A stretch of 64,000 nucleotides of DNA from Perna viridis (lineage: Eukaryota), in the NCBI GenBank assembly GCA_037379345.1, contig CM074511.1, forward strand, positions 39,562,862 through 39,626,861, read 5' to 3'. Both the position numbers and the translations under genes were made by a program. Shown piece by piece: positions 1-11,530 of this stretch. Numbering within the stretch: position 1 is the first letter of the stretch; each line of letters opens with the position of its first letter. The notes beneath the pieces are model-generated. The model ran no database searches and was not told the DNA's origin. It saw nothing but the letters and a program-made list of their open reading frames with translations.

Positions 1-129
1 AGATTAACACGGTAATGTTAAATAATTTAAACTTAAAGAAAATAAGTCGGAAATGTATATCTATAACACCTGTCCATAACACTAATCCGACAAACCGTAT
101 TCACCGGCTAAAAACTGGGTTTACCGATC

Positions 130-1086
130 AAGAAGTATGAAAGGGGAATCAAAAGAACCAGGATTCGAACGACAATAAAAAACATAATCCAATGATGTCG
201 ACTAGACAATGGAAATAGACATGATTTACAAGGAACATGAAACAAATCAGAAACAAAAACATAAAGGTAAATAAGTAACCTGGACTCCACTATAAACTGG
301 GAAAGCGTCCATTGCTTTTCTAGGAACACCCGCAGAGGTCCTCATAGAATGTCACGTCCGGGGTAGAATAAAGAGGGAAAGTTAAAGTATGACATGGTGA
401 CCCATTCGGTTCTCATGGTAGAGATAGATACACCATAACGATCAATTGGTTCATGATGACAACCATAAAGCTTTTGTAGTGATGATTTGCTGCAACATAA
501 CCCCGTTGCAGGGCCTTGTTGCAAGTACGGACAAAACTTTCGGCAAGTTGTGATAAGAAAACTTCATGAGAAGGCTAAATGGATGTTGCCAAAAATGAAA
601 GGGAAGTTGGCGATACTGAATGAAAATCATCTCATATGTAGTATAGTTTAGTCATGAGCTTTCCTTTCCATCGATCTTTTTAAGAAAGTCAAGATATAAG
701 GCTGACTTAACAGCGTCTGTGGTGTCCTTTATCTCAAGTTCTATTTGGGAAATGCAATGTATAAAATTCCATAATTCAAAGTCAAAAAGTCATCTATGTA
801 GCGATAACTGAGATCAGATGATCTCAGTTTCCGCTACATAGATGACTTTTTGACAGGAGTAAGGTTAAACTGAGTATGGCGAGTAGTAGTATTAAAACTG
901 AAAATGCTATTATATTCCGATGATAATCTAGCATTGAGAGCTTCCAGATGATCTTGAATCGATACCACTACGAGAGTAGCAAGTGTCGTGGAAGACTGAA
1001 GACACTCTTTAACAGCGTTAAGTATGGAAGTTAATAGTTTCGAAAGTGGCTTGGTAGTATATTTTGTAGATCCAATTTTAAAGCGT
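130..1086 (-). mobile_element. Degenerate Penelope-like (probably Naiad-clade) retroelement RT remnant with 3' tail
   Basis: Minus-strand translations across frameshifts give RFKIGSTKYTTKPLSKLLTSILNAVKE (~1086-1000), YRYIDDFL (~808-783), ELEIKDTTDAVKSALYLD (~752-697) and KSSLQKLYGCHHEPIDRYGVSIS (ORF 342-524). These are RT and thumb motifs of bivalve PLE-type RTs. No endonuclease follows the thumb, consistent with the Naiad domain order. The tail at ~130-340 matches copies at 15565, 20213 and 48604. Confidence 0.7.
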
Positions 1087-1159
1087 TGTTTTTTTTTTTG
1101 TTTTTTTTTATTATTTTTTTTTTTATTAAATCTGGTGGAATTTGGAATCCGATACGCAA

Positions 1160-2115
1160 TTGTCTCCTTGCTATTCTATCTGAACCAAAGGAATCCACAG
1201 TCCCCTTGCTGTTCTGTTTAAACCAAAATAACCCCATTCCCCTTGCTGTTCTGTCTGAACCAAACTAACAAACAGTCTCCTTGCTGTTCTGTCTAAACCA
1301 AACTTACAAAAAATCCCCTTGCTGTTCTGTCAAAACCAAACTAACAAACGGTCCACTTGCTGTTCTGTCTAAACCAAACTTACAAAAAATCCCCTTGCTG
1401 TTCTGTCAAAACCAAACTAACAAACGGTCCACTTGCTGTTCTGTCTACACCAAACGAAGCCACAGTCCCCTTTGCTACCCTGTCTAAACCGAATTAACCC
1501 ACAGTCCTTTGGTTGTTCTGTCTTAACCGAACTAACCAACGGGTTTATATAGGTTTCACTGTATATACTATTAGAAATTTACAAATCCGCTTGCTGTTCT
1601 GTCTAAATCAAACGAATCTACAGTCCCCTTGCTGTTTTGCTTGTCTGTCTAACCGAACTAACCCACAGTCCCCTTGCTGTTTTGTCTAAACCAAACAAAC
1701 CCACAGAACTCTTTGCTCCTCTGTCTAAACCGAACTAACCCACAGTCCCCTTTGCTGTTCTGTCAAAACCGAACTAACCCACAGTCCTCTTTGCTTCTCT
1801 GTCTAAACCAAACTAACCCATAGTCCCTTTGCTTCTCTGTCTAAACCAAACTAACTCACAGTCCAGTCCCCTTTGCTGTTTTGTTAAAACCAAACTAACC
1901 CATAGTCCACTTTGCTTCTCTGTCTAACCAAACTAACTCATAGTCCCCTTTGCTGTTATGTCAAAACCGAACTAACCCGCAGTCCCCTTTGCTTCTCTGT
2001 CTAAACCAAACTAACCCATAGTCACCTTTGCTTCTCTGTCTAAACCAAACTAACCCATAGTCCCCTTTTGCTGTTCTGTCTAAATCGAACGAACCCACAG
2101 TCCCCTTGCTGTTCG
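1160..2115. repeat. Minisatellite, ~40-bp unit (consensus CACAGTCCCCTTGCTGTTCTGTCTAAACCGAACTAACC), ~20+ copies
   Basis: Directly visible diverged tandem array, interrupted at ~1540-1587 by a copy of its own right-hand flank and ending next to GGTTTCACTGTA (MITE-terminus-like). Confidence 0.9.
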
Positions 2116-4836
2116 GGTTTACATAGGTTTCACTGTATATACTATTAGAAATTTACAAATCTCATATTAGCGTGGGCTAATGAAAAGACAATAATTATCA
2201 CTTTTGTTCATTTTAATAGATTTTGCACAATAAAGCAAGTTTATCGAAATCTTATGATGTCGCGTGCCATTGATAATATTTAAACATAAAATTTTAAATT
2301 ATAAAAAAAAATATGTCTATAAGAAAAAGTTCAATATTCATAATACTTTTTTTAGAGAAGTTCAAAATGTCAGTGGTTTCATCTCATCTGTTCTGATCTG
2401 TTTAACATGACTTTACCCTTGAATGATATTTTTCTATCTTTCGTATTCAAAAATGTCCGTCAAATATTGGAAGTAATTATGACGCCATCAGATTTAATGA
2501 AGATGACGTCACATACTAACAATTTGTAGTAGCATTACTAGATATTTTGCGCGACAAAAGAGTTCAGAAACTAAAAACATTAAAATGATCAAAAATGCAA
2601 TTATTAAGTAGCATTTGTAATAATAGTTATTTCCAATTTTTGAACTGACAATATTTTGTGGAGTATCTCACGCGTGTATGTGCTTCGCTGTTTTCCTTCT
2701 TTTTATTATTACTACAGTCGATCATAGATTTGTCCTTACAATATTTTAAATTTCCTAATTTTTGTACCGTTTAGAACAAATGACATGCAAAAATCTATAT
2801 AATAATTACTATCCACTTCAGAAGTTTTACCAAACGCTCCCCCGTATACTTGTACACCTATCTGGCTGATAATCTGTCGAGTCATACTTTAAAATAGTAT
2901 ACGTCTATTTTACGACAGTTAAAGGCATATATCATGCCAATCTTTATACAGATGCAGCGTTCCATGATTTCTATTTTACTAAACGTTTCAGACTTGCCAT
3001 TTGATTTTTTTCATCAACAATAATGTAAACACTTTCCAAATATAAAAAATGGTGATATGTACATGTATCTTTGATCTAAAATATCGTTCACTTCAGATTT
3101 AATAGCCTTGATAAATCTTTTATGAAAGTTGTTTGTATCGGATTATGATTTTATCATAAATGTACGATACATAAGTTTTAGTATACGGGGATGAACATTT
3201 TTTTATACAAGGTGACATGGGAAAGAAATATTTTATTTTGTAAGTAACCATTTGTTGTAAAATTGGAGGAAATCTAATGACAATTCAATCTATACCCAAA
3301 TATCACATCCGAGAAAACCTAGTCAGAAAAAAAGTAAAAACTTCCCTTTTAAAAAAGGTGATACCTTAAATAAATGAGAAAACTGGAATTCACAACAAAA
3401 AAGTAAACAAACGGGGAACACAAACCATGTGTCCCTGTTAAAGTAATGTTCTCTACTTTTCAGTAGATGGATTCCAAATACATTTTAAGAAGGAACAAGA
3501 CCTTCCGGATTTAATTTATTGATCAACGTTCAAATGGAAAGAAAATAAGAGATTCAATTCGATTTTCAACGGTTTTATAGGAAATAGCAAATATTTAATT
3601 ATTTGTGGTTTTCAGTTGGATTATTTAAATATAAAGATTAGTGAGTTTTGAATCAATATGATATTGGTATGAAAAGTTTTAAAACTTTGACTTAAGGATC
3701 AAATGCACATTTCATATATTGGCAATCGTTGCTCTTGTCACATATTTTGATCCCGATGTTTTAAATTGATTGTAAATTATGGAGTGTAACACCAATTATC
3801 TACGTTACCGATAGACCTCATTGTTCATGCTTAAATTTTTGGTGAAGGTTAGCAGGCTGAAATTAGTTAATTCATGTTTTTGGTCTGTTGGGATTTTTAT
3901 GCTTTGTATTGTATTGTTTATATTTTGTGTTGAAGATGTGTATTATTTGTCTCGTCTTTTCTTGTAACATTTTTATACTATTCTTGACATTTGATTTGTT
4001 TTTGAGATGCCTTTCCATATATGTCTAATTAAGGTGTTAATATGTGCATCCTATATACAAATCGCACTTTCAACAGGATTTGGTTTTCTTGTGTTTGCAT
4101 CAGATTTTTCTTCTCAAAAATGTAGTGCAAGTCATGAAACACGTGTACAGCTATCGAAATTGGCAATATATATTTATGATTGGCATTTTTTCGTATTTTA
4201 TTTGTAAGCATTGCTTTTTTCATATTTGAAACTGGAAATTAGTGTAGTCATTTTTTTTTAGGTTCAAGTACTTGTTAGCCAGTAAATATAATAATTTTTG
4301 TATAGAACATTATGTGTAATTATATTTCCATCATTGTTAAGAAGTAAAATTCAGCTATTGTGAAATTTTTCAACTCGAAAATGAAAACCCAATCACAAAT
4401 TTTTAAGGTGTTTTATTTAACTTTTGGTTGTGATCCCTTTACGATATTGTGGGTATTTTTTATCCTTAAACGTGCATACTCTGTCAAGCTAAACCAACCA
4501 AAATGATCTCCTATACAACCATATTAACAAGTGAATAAAAGGTTAGGGATAAGTACTTCCTGCCCGGTTACTATGTGTGTCTATTAGCAAACAAATTATT
4601 TTTTTGCTATTAAGTGGACATAAGGTGCAAAGAAACCAACTACTGTTAAACACCTTAAATTCTTATGATGTTTTTCCGGTATATTTCATGGACAGAGAGA
4701 CATTGAAAATAAAAATGGAACTAAGGCAAACGATAAAGTACAACCAAAATACAAAATGTTTTATATATATATTTGTATTTATAACAATAAGGTAAAACTA
4801 ACAATAGCATATTTTATTAAACGTGTCGTCTTAAGC

Positions 4837-6716
4837 TCACAATTGCAGCAATTGTGAGAGTTCTTTTGCCAGAGTTTTATCATCCATTTTTTGTACTAGT
4901 TTCATTATTTCACGTTGTTTGTCACTGTGTAGTACTTTCGTGTTTTGCAAAAATTTTTCCTGAACATCTCTGTCAGAAAGTGGAAAGCGCCAATGTCCAT
5001 ATGGCGTTAAGCATACTTTTTCGAAAACTTTTCCATAACTTGTCAGAATTGACACTTTTACGTACATTTCTGCAAACGATGGATGATTGTCTTCTGGTGT
5101 TTCAACAACAGTTTTGTTTAAAAGCTTGATTAGCGAATTCCTTTCCCTGGTTTGTTTATGAAATGTTTCTGGCGAGATATGACCATCAAGAAGAGCGGAG
5201 CAGACCGTAAATTGAAAAGAATGTCTTCCTTCGTGTTCGCTTTGTGGTATTGGTCTGTTAATGTATTTTGACTGTGGTGCAGTAATTATTACAGCCTTGA
5301 TATCCTGAAGCGCAAATGTACCTAATTCTTTTCTAATATCTTCACGAACCCCGAGAGCAGCATCTATGCCCCAATGCATCCCTAAATGGCAAGGATACCG
5401 CTTGATTGCAATATCTTGTTCATGGAGAAAAACATTTTCTGTTTCTGTCATTAAATCAATTAACTTGTTTGGGTCGTAGTCCTCGTAATAAGCACCAAAA
5501 CCAGACACCATATCTAATATTTGGTTGTTACCTTCTATTCCTTTTTGGGCCAGGAGAGCTGCCTCAAGACCAAATCGAGCAGATTTAGCGGCATGCAATG
5601 GTTTTGTCATGGTTCCAGCATTAGCCATAGGTGCTCCAGCAAACGAGGCAGCTATAGCTAACGCATGTCTACATTTCCACGGATTCAATCCAAGCAATTT
5701 TGAAGAAGCGGCAGCACTCCCCATGACGCCAACAATGGCAGGTGGATGCAATCTGTAACGAAAATATTACTCTACAGATTATCATTGGTATCAATTTAGG
5801 TTGTTTAGAAAAATAATTGTTGCCTTTATTTATTGTTCCAGTAACCACAAAACTACCTTTTTTGTACTTTTATTTTTTTCAAATTAAAACAGTTCATTTA
5901 GTTTTCAAGTACAGTCTTAGATAGTCAAATTATCATGAAAAGAATATCTAGTCATCAAATAATCACTAGAAACTTATCACATTACCAAAATCCAAATGAG
6001 GTGGCTCATAATTGCTTCGTGGGTTCGTGGGGTTTTAATGTGTGGAATCGATTAATTAAGTGACCCCTGTCAAAAAACCAGAACTTTGAAAATTTTATTC
6101 GGTTTAATAAGGTTTAATTTACATTCAATTTGGGAATTTCAAAAATGTCTGGATTTGACAGATTTTCGGATCTTTCGGGTTTCGCTTCAGACAAATTTCA
6201 CTGCATTTGGTGGACGTTTAGTTAGGTTTTTTAAATTCATGTGTAAACAAAATATAAAAAAACAACGAAAGTTTGTACTAAATGAACAATTCACATGCAT
6301 TTGTTTTACAAAAGTATAGAGTTTCATCACAAGATAAATTCTGTATTTTTGTGTTGTATATGGTAAAGAATACATTTGATATGAAAGACAGTGTAATTGG
6401 TTTAGACAAGAATTTAGGTAATTCAAAAGGTCGACAGCTGTGCAAACAATTTCATCTCTAAAATATTTTGGATTACTTACATGATTAGTCACTAACAATT
6501 AATATTTTTAACATAAGTACGTGAGCATTCAATGCAATTTTGACAAGGAAGTATTTGCACTATGTAAACTACTCTTCGTCTCATCGCATAATTCTTGCAC
6601 CTCGAATTGTATTGTTTTCATCGCATGAGTTTTTGTCAAATTTGCAAGATTATCACAGCAAAAGCGTTCAATAGTCTTTTCAATGATAAATGAATATACT
6701 TAATTAAAACGTTGTT

Positions 6717-6808
<92 letters not shown>

Positions 6809-8420
6809 CAGACTTATGTAGTATTATGTGAATAGATAGTTTTAGCCTTATATGACAACAAGTTTTTTTTTTTAATCAAGAATATTTTCTTATTGTTGAT
6901 GAAAATTTACAAAACGGACGTACACATATTTCGGGAACTTTTTTTTCAACAAAGTGAAAATACCAAAAGACTTCTTGAAAAATACACTTAGTCCTATCTC
7001 TTTGTTTACCTGTTAGGTATATGTTTTGCATTATTCGAGCATCTTAGTAGGGCTCCTTGAATTTGGATGCCGATGTTGAAAGCAACCAACAAATCTTCTA
7101 AGCTAGGCTGATACGATGACGGAAGGGCATCTGCTAAAGCTAAAATTGCCGGTAACACAGGTCCACTTGGGTGCGTGGCGGGATGCCATGTGTCGTCAAA
7201 ATCCATTGTATGGGTGCTAGCTCCATTAAGATATGCAGCAGCAGTTGGGGACATTTTAAACTTGCTTGAACCCCATACAATTGATTGACACTTGTCACTG
7301 ATTCCATTAGTTTCAATTGCGAATTGTCTAAGTGTGTTGGCAATATCTGTTTGAGATCCGATAATGCCGACACCGAGACTGTCCAGAACCATTCTTTTGC
7401 TTCTGTAGATAGCTCTATCAGATAAATTATCAATAGAAAAGTCTGAAATTTGGTCAGACATCAGGGTTGTCAAATCGTTTACTGGGTCGGATAAACCTGT
7501 AACACAAAAAGCTATTCGAAGACGCGAAGTAACAAGACGGTAGATGTCAATATTGCAGTACATATATTTTCTTATAGTAGAAAGCATTTTTTATCGTATC
7601 ATCTGGGAAAAAGATATTTAAATTAAAACCCTAAATAATACTTATACAATACTCTTTTATGTCGCTTTCGTTTACAGATTGCAACTTAGATATCGATTTA
7701 TGTAACATCCATAAATAAATCAGAATGACATAGCTTTATTCTCTAGAAGAACATTAGGTAGAGAAAGAAAACTGGAGATCAAATTTAAAAAATGCTATCG
7801 CTAATAGTATAAGTAGATCGTGATATCCATGAAAGTTGTAAGATACTGTACAAACATGTTTGATATAAAGGCATGAACTGATGGACGAATACAATTAAAT
7901 AACAATTAATACAATTAAAGAACATTGGAACTCTTTAATCATGAAAATCTATCAAAACTATAAAGTTATTCCTTACGTTTTGGTAATGCGTGAGCATATC
8001 GTTTAGGATTCGCTGTTGAAGTTGTTGATTGAAAATTTTTCGTTTTGTTTCCATTGCACGGATCCTTCGGTGGTTGTAATATTCGAATTGCCTTCGTAAG
8101 CTGCTTTCTTGGTATATGTATTTGTATGCTCTATAGAACATTTAGTAATTAACAAAGCATTAAGGAATTAATATATTTTCTTTACGATTTAACTTTTTAA
8201 ACAAAATACTCCTGCCTTTATTGTTTTTATGAGATAGAAATTAAGTAATTTATGTCAACTTGAACGAAATCTTGAAAACATGGAATTGATTTAATTAATT
8301 AATTATTTAATAAAGTAATTAGCAACAAGTATCATTATTTAAAAAAAAATCGGATGTGATATTTAAATACCAGAAAATAATTGTTTCCACTATAAAGTTC
8401 CATAAAAATAGTACCTTCAT
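4837..8420 (-). CDS. ACOD1: Cis-aconitate decarboxylase (IRG1/ACOD1, MmgE/PrpD family), ~520 aa
   Basis: Core exons 7496-7010 and 5752-4837 (AG|gtaaac...ttacag|A) encode RSKRMVLDSLG, HTMDFDDTWHPATHPSG, RLHPP, AGAPMANAGTMTKPLH, KRYPCHL, YINRP, SEHEGRHSFQF and YGHWRFPLS, all matching vertebrate ACOD1. Upstream exons inferred from GT/AG and phase: 8420-8415 (MK) and 8130-7977. An alternative start at ATG 7587 gives 497 aa. Identity is confident; the 5' structure is less so. Confidence 0.92.
6719..6805. repeat. (TG)n microsatellite, ~43 units, in an ACOD1 intron
   Basis: Perfect TG run seen directly. Confidence 0.99.
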
Positions 8421-8494
8421 CGCCAATCTGGTAGGTTTAAACAAATCCTTTTCCACCACTCTTTTGTGTTTATTTATTAATGCTAACGTCTCTA

Positions 8495-8553
8495 TATTTA
8501 TAGGACTATCGTAGTGTCTAACCAATGAAATTTGTCACTGGTTTGGATTTTCC
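8495..8553 (-). promoter_or_regulatory. Putative ACOD1 core promoter: TATA box, CCAAT box, NF-kB-like site
   Basis: Minus-strand TATAAATA at 8502-8495, CCAAT at 8522-8526 and GGATTTTCC at 8545-8553. Order and spacing fit a TSS near 8470 and ATG 8420, with no intervening ATG. Confidence 0.5.
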
Positions 8554-8660
8554 TACTTGATTCGCGGAAACAGAGAATCACAAGATGTATCAGCTACACT
8601 TCATATAATAGAGCGTTTCCGCATTTGTACATATAAATTTTTAATGTTTCGAACGTAGTT

Positions 8661-10912
8661 CTCACTCATACAGTTTTATGATTTACTGAAGATTTTAACC
8701 TATAAAATCTAAGAGCTAAGCTCGCTTTGAAATGCTAAGTTCAAAAACAACGATAAATGTTAACATGGATTAGGAACGTGCCGAAATGTGAGATCTTATG
8801 CTCCAACGGTGCAAAGAGGATAGTGAAGTGAAATACACAATAATCGTATGCTGAGTATAAAACACTTTTGCCTTGCTGCATATTCATTAACCAAGATTTG
8901 TGTTCGATGTTGTACGAAAGAGGCTTGTGCTCCCCCATTAATTTGTATTGATTATTGTATAACCTCAATTGAATGATTTCCGAGGTTTTTCGACATGTTT
9001 GACAAAATGAATGAATGAATGATTGGATTAATTAAGTAATCAATAATCAAATTTAATTTAAAATATTGTCTCCTCCATCAAAATTACGTTTTATAGAACA
9101 ATACCAAAAATCATAACAAACCAGCATATTTACTTTATTTTTTATCAAGATATCACGCCAAACTGAAACAAAATTTGGAGCAAATTAAATAAACAACTTT
9201 TGGATTTGGTAATATAAATATAGTTGACTTAGTGGGAAATAACGTAGATGGTCGAATCTAGGCAGTTATTCAGCGTTAAATGTTATTTTGAACGCTTGAA
9301 ATCTATCTTTTCATACACGACCAATCACACATAATTACAATTTTCAAGAGAACGATCCCATGAACCCGTTCAAAAGAAATCCGGGTAAATGTACAAGGAA
9401 AGTATTTGTTTACATAAAACAAACTTAAGGGAGTAAGATAACACGGAACAGTGCTTGTTATTATTAAATATTGTGTACAATCACCTTTAATTGACTGAAA
9501 ATCATATCTTGTCATGTGATCGTATGTTGTTTTGGTAAGAATGTTTACTTCCGTCATTTCCTATCAACAGTTAATCTCATCATCCATGATCTAATGTAGG
9601 GTAGAAAAATATTTACAAAGTCTCGATCGTAGACTTTTTAAATAGATATGCCGGGTTCACTAATTGTATAACACACTTGTTGATAAATTCTTTTCTACCA
9701 CTGGTTGGTTGTTAAATGAAATTTTAATGATTCATCGTAATTTAAATTCGTGTATTGAAAATAAATATTTTATAAAACCACTCACTCATACAAATTTATG
9801 ATTTACTGAAGTTTTTAACCTATAAAATTTAAGAGCTAAGCTCGCTTTGAAATGCTAAGTTCAAAAACAACGATAAATGCTAACATGGATTAGGGTGGAA
9901 GTAAGAGCTAATATCGTGCCGAAATGCGAGATCTTATGCTCCAACGGTGCAAAGAGGATAGTGAAGTGAAATACACAATAATCGTATGCTGAGTATAAAA
10001 CACTTTTGCCTTGCTGCATATTCATTAACCAAGATTTGTGTTCGATGTTGTACGAAAGAGGCTTGTGCTCCCCAATAATTTGTATTGATGATTGTATTCT
10101 CAATTGAATGCTTTCCGAGGTTTTTCGACATGTTTGACAAAATAAATGAATGATTGGATTAATTAAGTAAATTAATAATCAAATTTAATTTAAAATATTG
10201 TCTCCTCCATCAAAATTAAGTTTTATAGAACAATACCAAAAATCATAACAAACCAGCATATTTACTTTATTTTTTATCAAGATATCACGCCAAACTGAAA
10301 CAAAATTTGGAGCAAATTAAATAAACAACTTTTGGATTTGGTAATATAAATATAGTTGACTTAGTGGGAAATAACGTAGATGGTCGAATCTAGGCAGTTA
10401 TTCAGCGTTAAATGTTATTTTGAACGCTTGAAATCTATCTTTTCATACACGACCAATCACACATAATTACAATTTTCAAGAGAACGATCCCATGAACCCG
10501 TTCAAAAGAAATCCGGGTAAATGTACAAGGAAAGTATTTGTTTATATAAAACAAACTTAAGGGAGTAAGATAACACGGAACAGTGCTTGTTATTATTAAA
10601 TATTGTGTACAATCACCTTTAATTGACTGAAAATCATATCTTGTCATGTGATCTTATGTCGTTTTGGTAAGAATGTTTACTTCCGTCATTTCCTATCAAC
10701 AATTAATCTCATCATCCATGATCTAATGTAGGGTAGAAAAATATTTACAAAGTCTCGATCGTAGACTTTTTAAATAGATATGCCGGGTTCACTAATTGTA
10801 TAACACACTTGTTGATAAATTCTTTTCTACCACTGGTTGGTTGTTAAATGAAATTTTAATGATTCATCGTAATTTAAATTCGTGTATTGAAAATAAATAT
10901 TTTATAAAACCA
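8661..10912. repeat. Recent head-to-tail tandem duplication (8661-9780 and 9781-10912)
   Basis: Both units begin CTCACTCATACA..TTTATGATTTACTGAAG and end TTTATAAAACCA. They are nearly identical, with an ~18-bp indel near 9895-9915. Duplicated spurious ORFs 8741/9861 and 9303/10435 confirm the repeat. Confidence 0.95.
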
Positions 10913-11244
10913 ACTCAAAATAAAAGTAAAAGTTTAAACAACACTGGAAAAAAACAGTCAACGACACTGGTTAGTCCTTCGCGATTATCTCTTGAGATGA
11001 GAGTTGCAACATTTTGTTTCAAATTACCTATTTGTATGACAGTAATGTCAATTTGTAACAAGTTTGTTCAAATACTAAAATCAAGTTCTTATTAACGACT
11101 TGATGTAATTAAATATACAATGAAATTGGGATGTTCATCAAGAATATTACCTCTATCTTTGAAGTCGTTATTAAATCTATTTTGGTTTTGTTTGTAACAT
11201 CATTGTTAAAATTACAGAGAAAAAAAAATGCATGGGATTTTTTA

Positions 11245-11530
11245 TAAATGTCTAAATTGCGTAATCGGAACAACATGTTTCAACAATCCTTCGTACCAGC
11301 AACTCTGAAGTTATGGAACAATTTGTATGCGTCCCATAGAGGGCCCCTTCTTTCGAAGTCTTTAAATTTGATCTTTAAGTTAAATTCAGAACTTGCAAGA
11401 CCTAAACGTTCCAATTCATATCGATATTATTTTATTTTGCAATTTCATTGAAAATTATAAAACTAATTGTGCAAGTTTTAAGTTTGTTTAAAAACTTGTC
11501 AAAGATTCTGGACGCTATGTAATACTGAGG
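11245..11530 (+). mobile_element. CR1/L2-like LINE 3' remnant (copy 1)
   Basis: RNNMFQQSFVPATLKLWNNL resembles the SF.P.T..LWN.L C-terminal motif of CR1/L2 ORF2. Paralogous to 16550-17040. Confidence 0.55.

Noticed and set aside
1160-2115. Regularly spaced repeats resembling a CRISPR array (also 55057-55353)
   Set aside because: Units are contiguous without unique spacers, there are no cas genes, and the context is eukaryotic.
4837-7587. Bacterial prpD (2-methylcitrate dehydratase) or horizontal transfer/contamination
   Set aside because: Spliceosomal introns and ACOD1-specific motifs indicate a native animal ACOD1.
7935-8141. 68-aa ORF MFYRAYKY... as an independent small gene
   Set aside because: Better explained as an alternative frame of the ACOD1 exon 8130-7977, which has proper splice sites and phase.
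8741-10647. Pairs of near-identical small ORFs suggesting a peptide gene family
   Set aside because: By-product of the 1.13-kb tandem duplication; no recognisable domain or splice structure.
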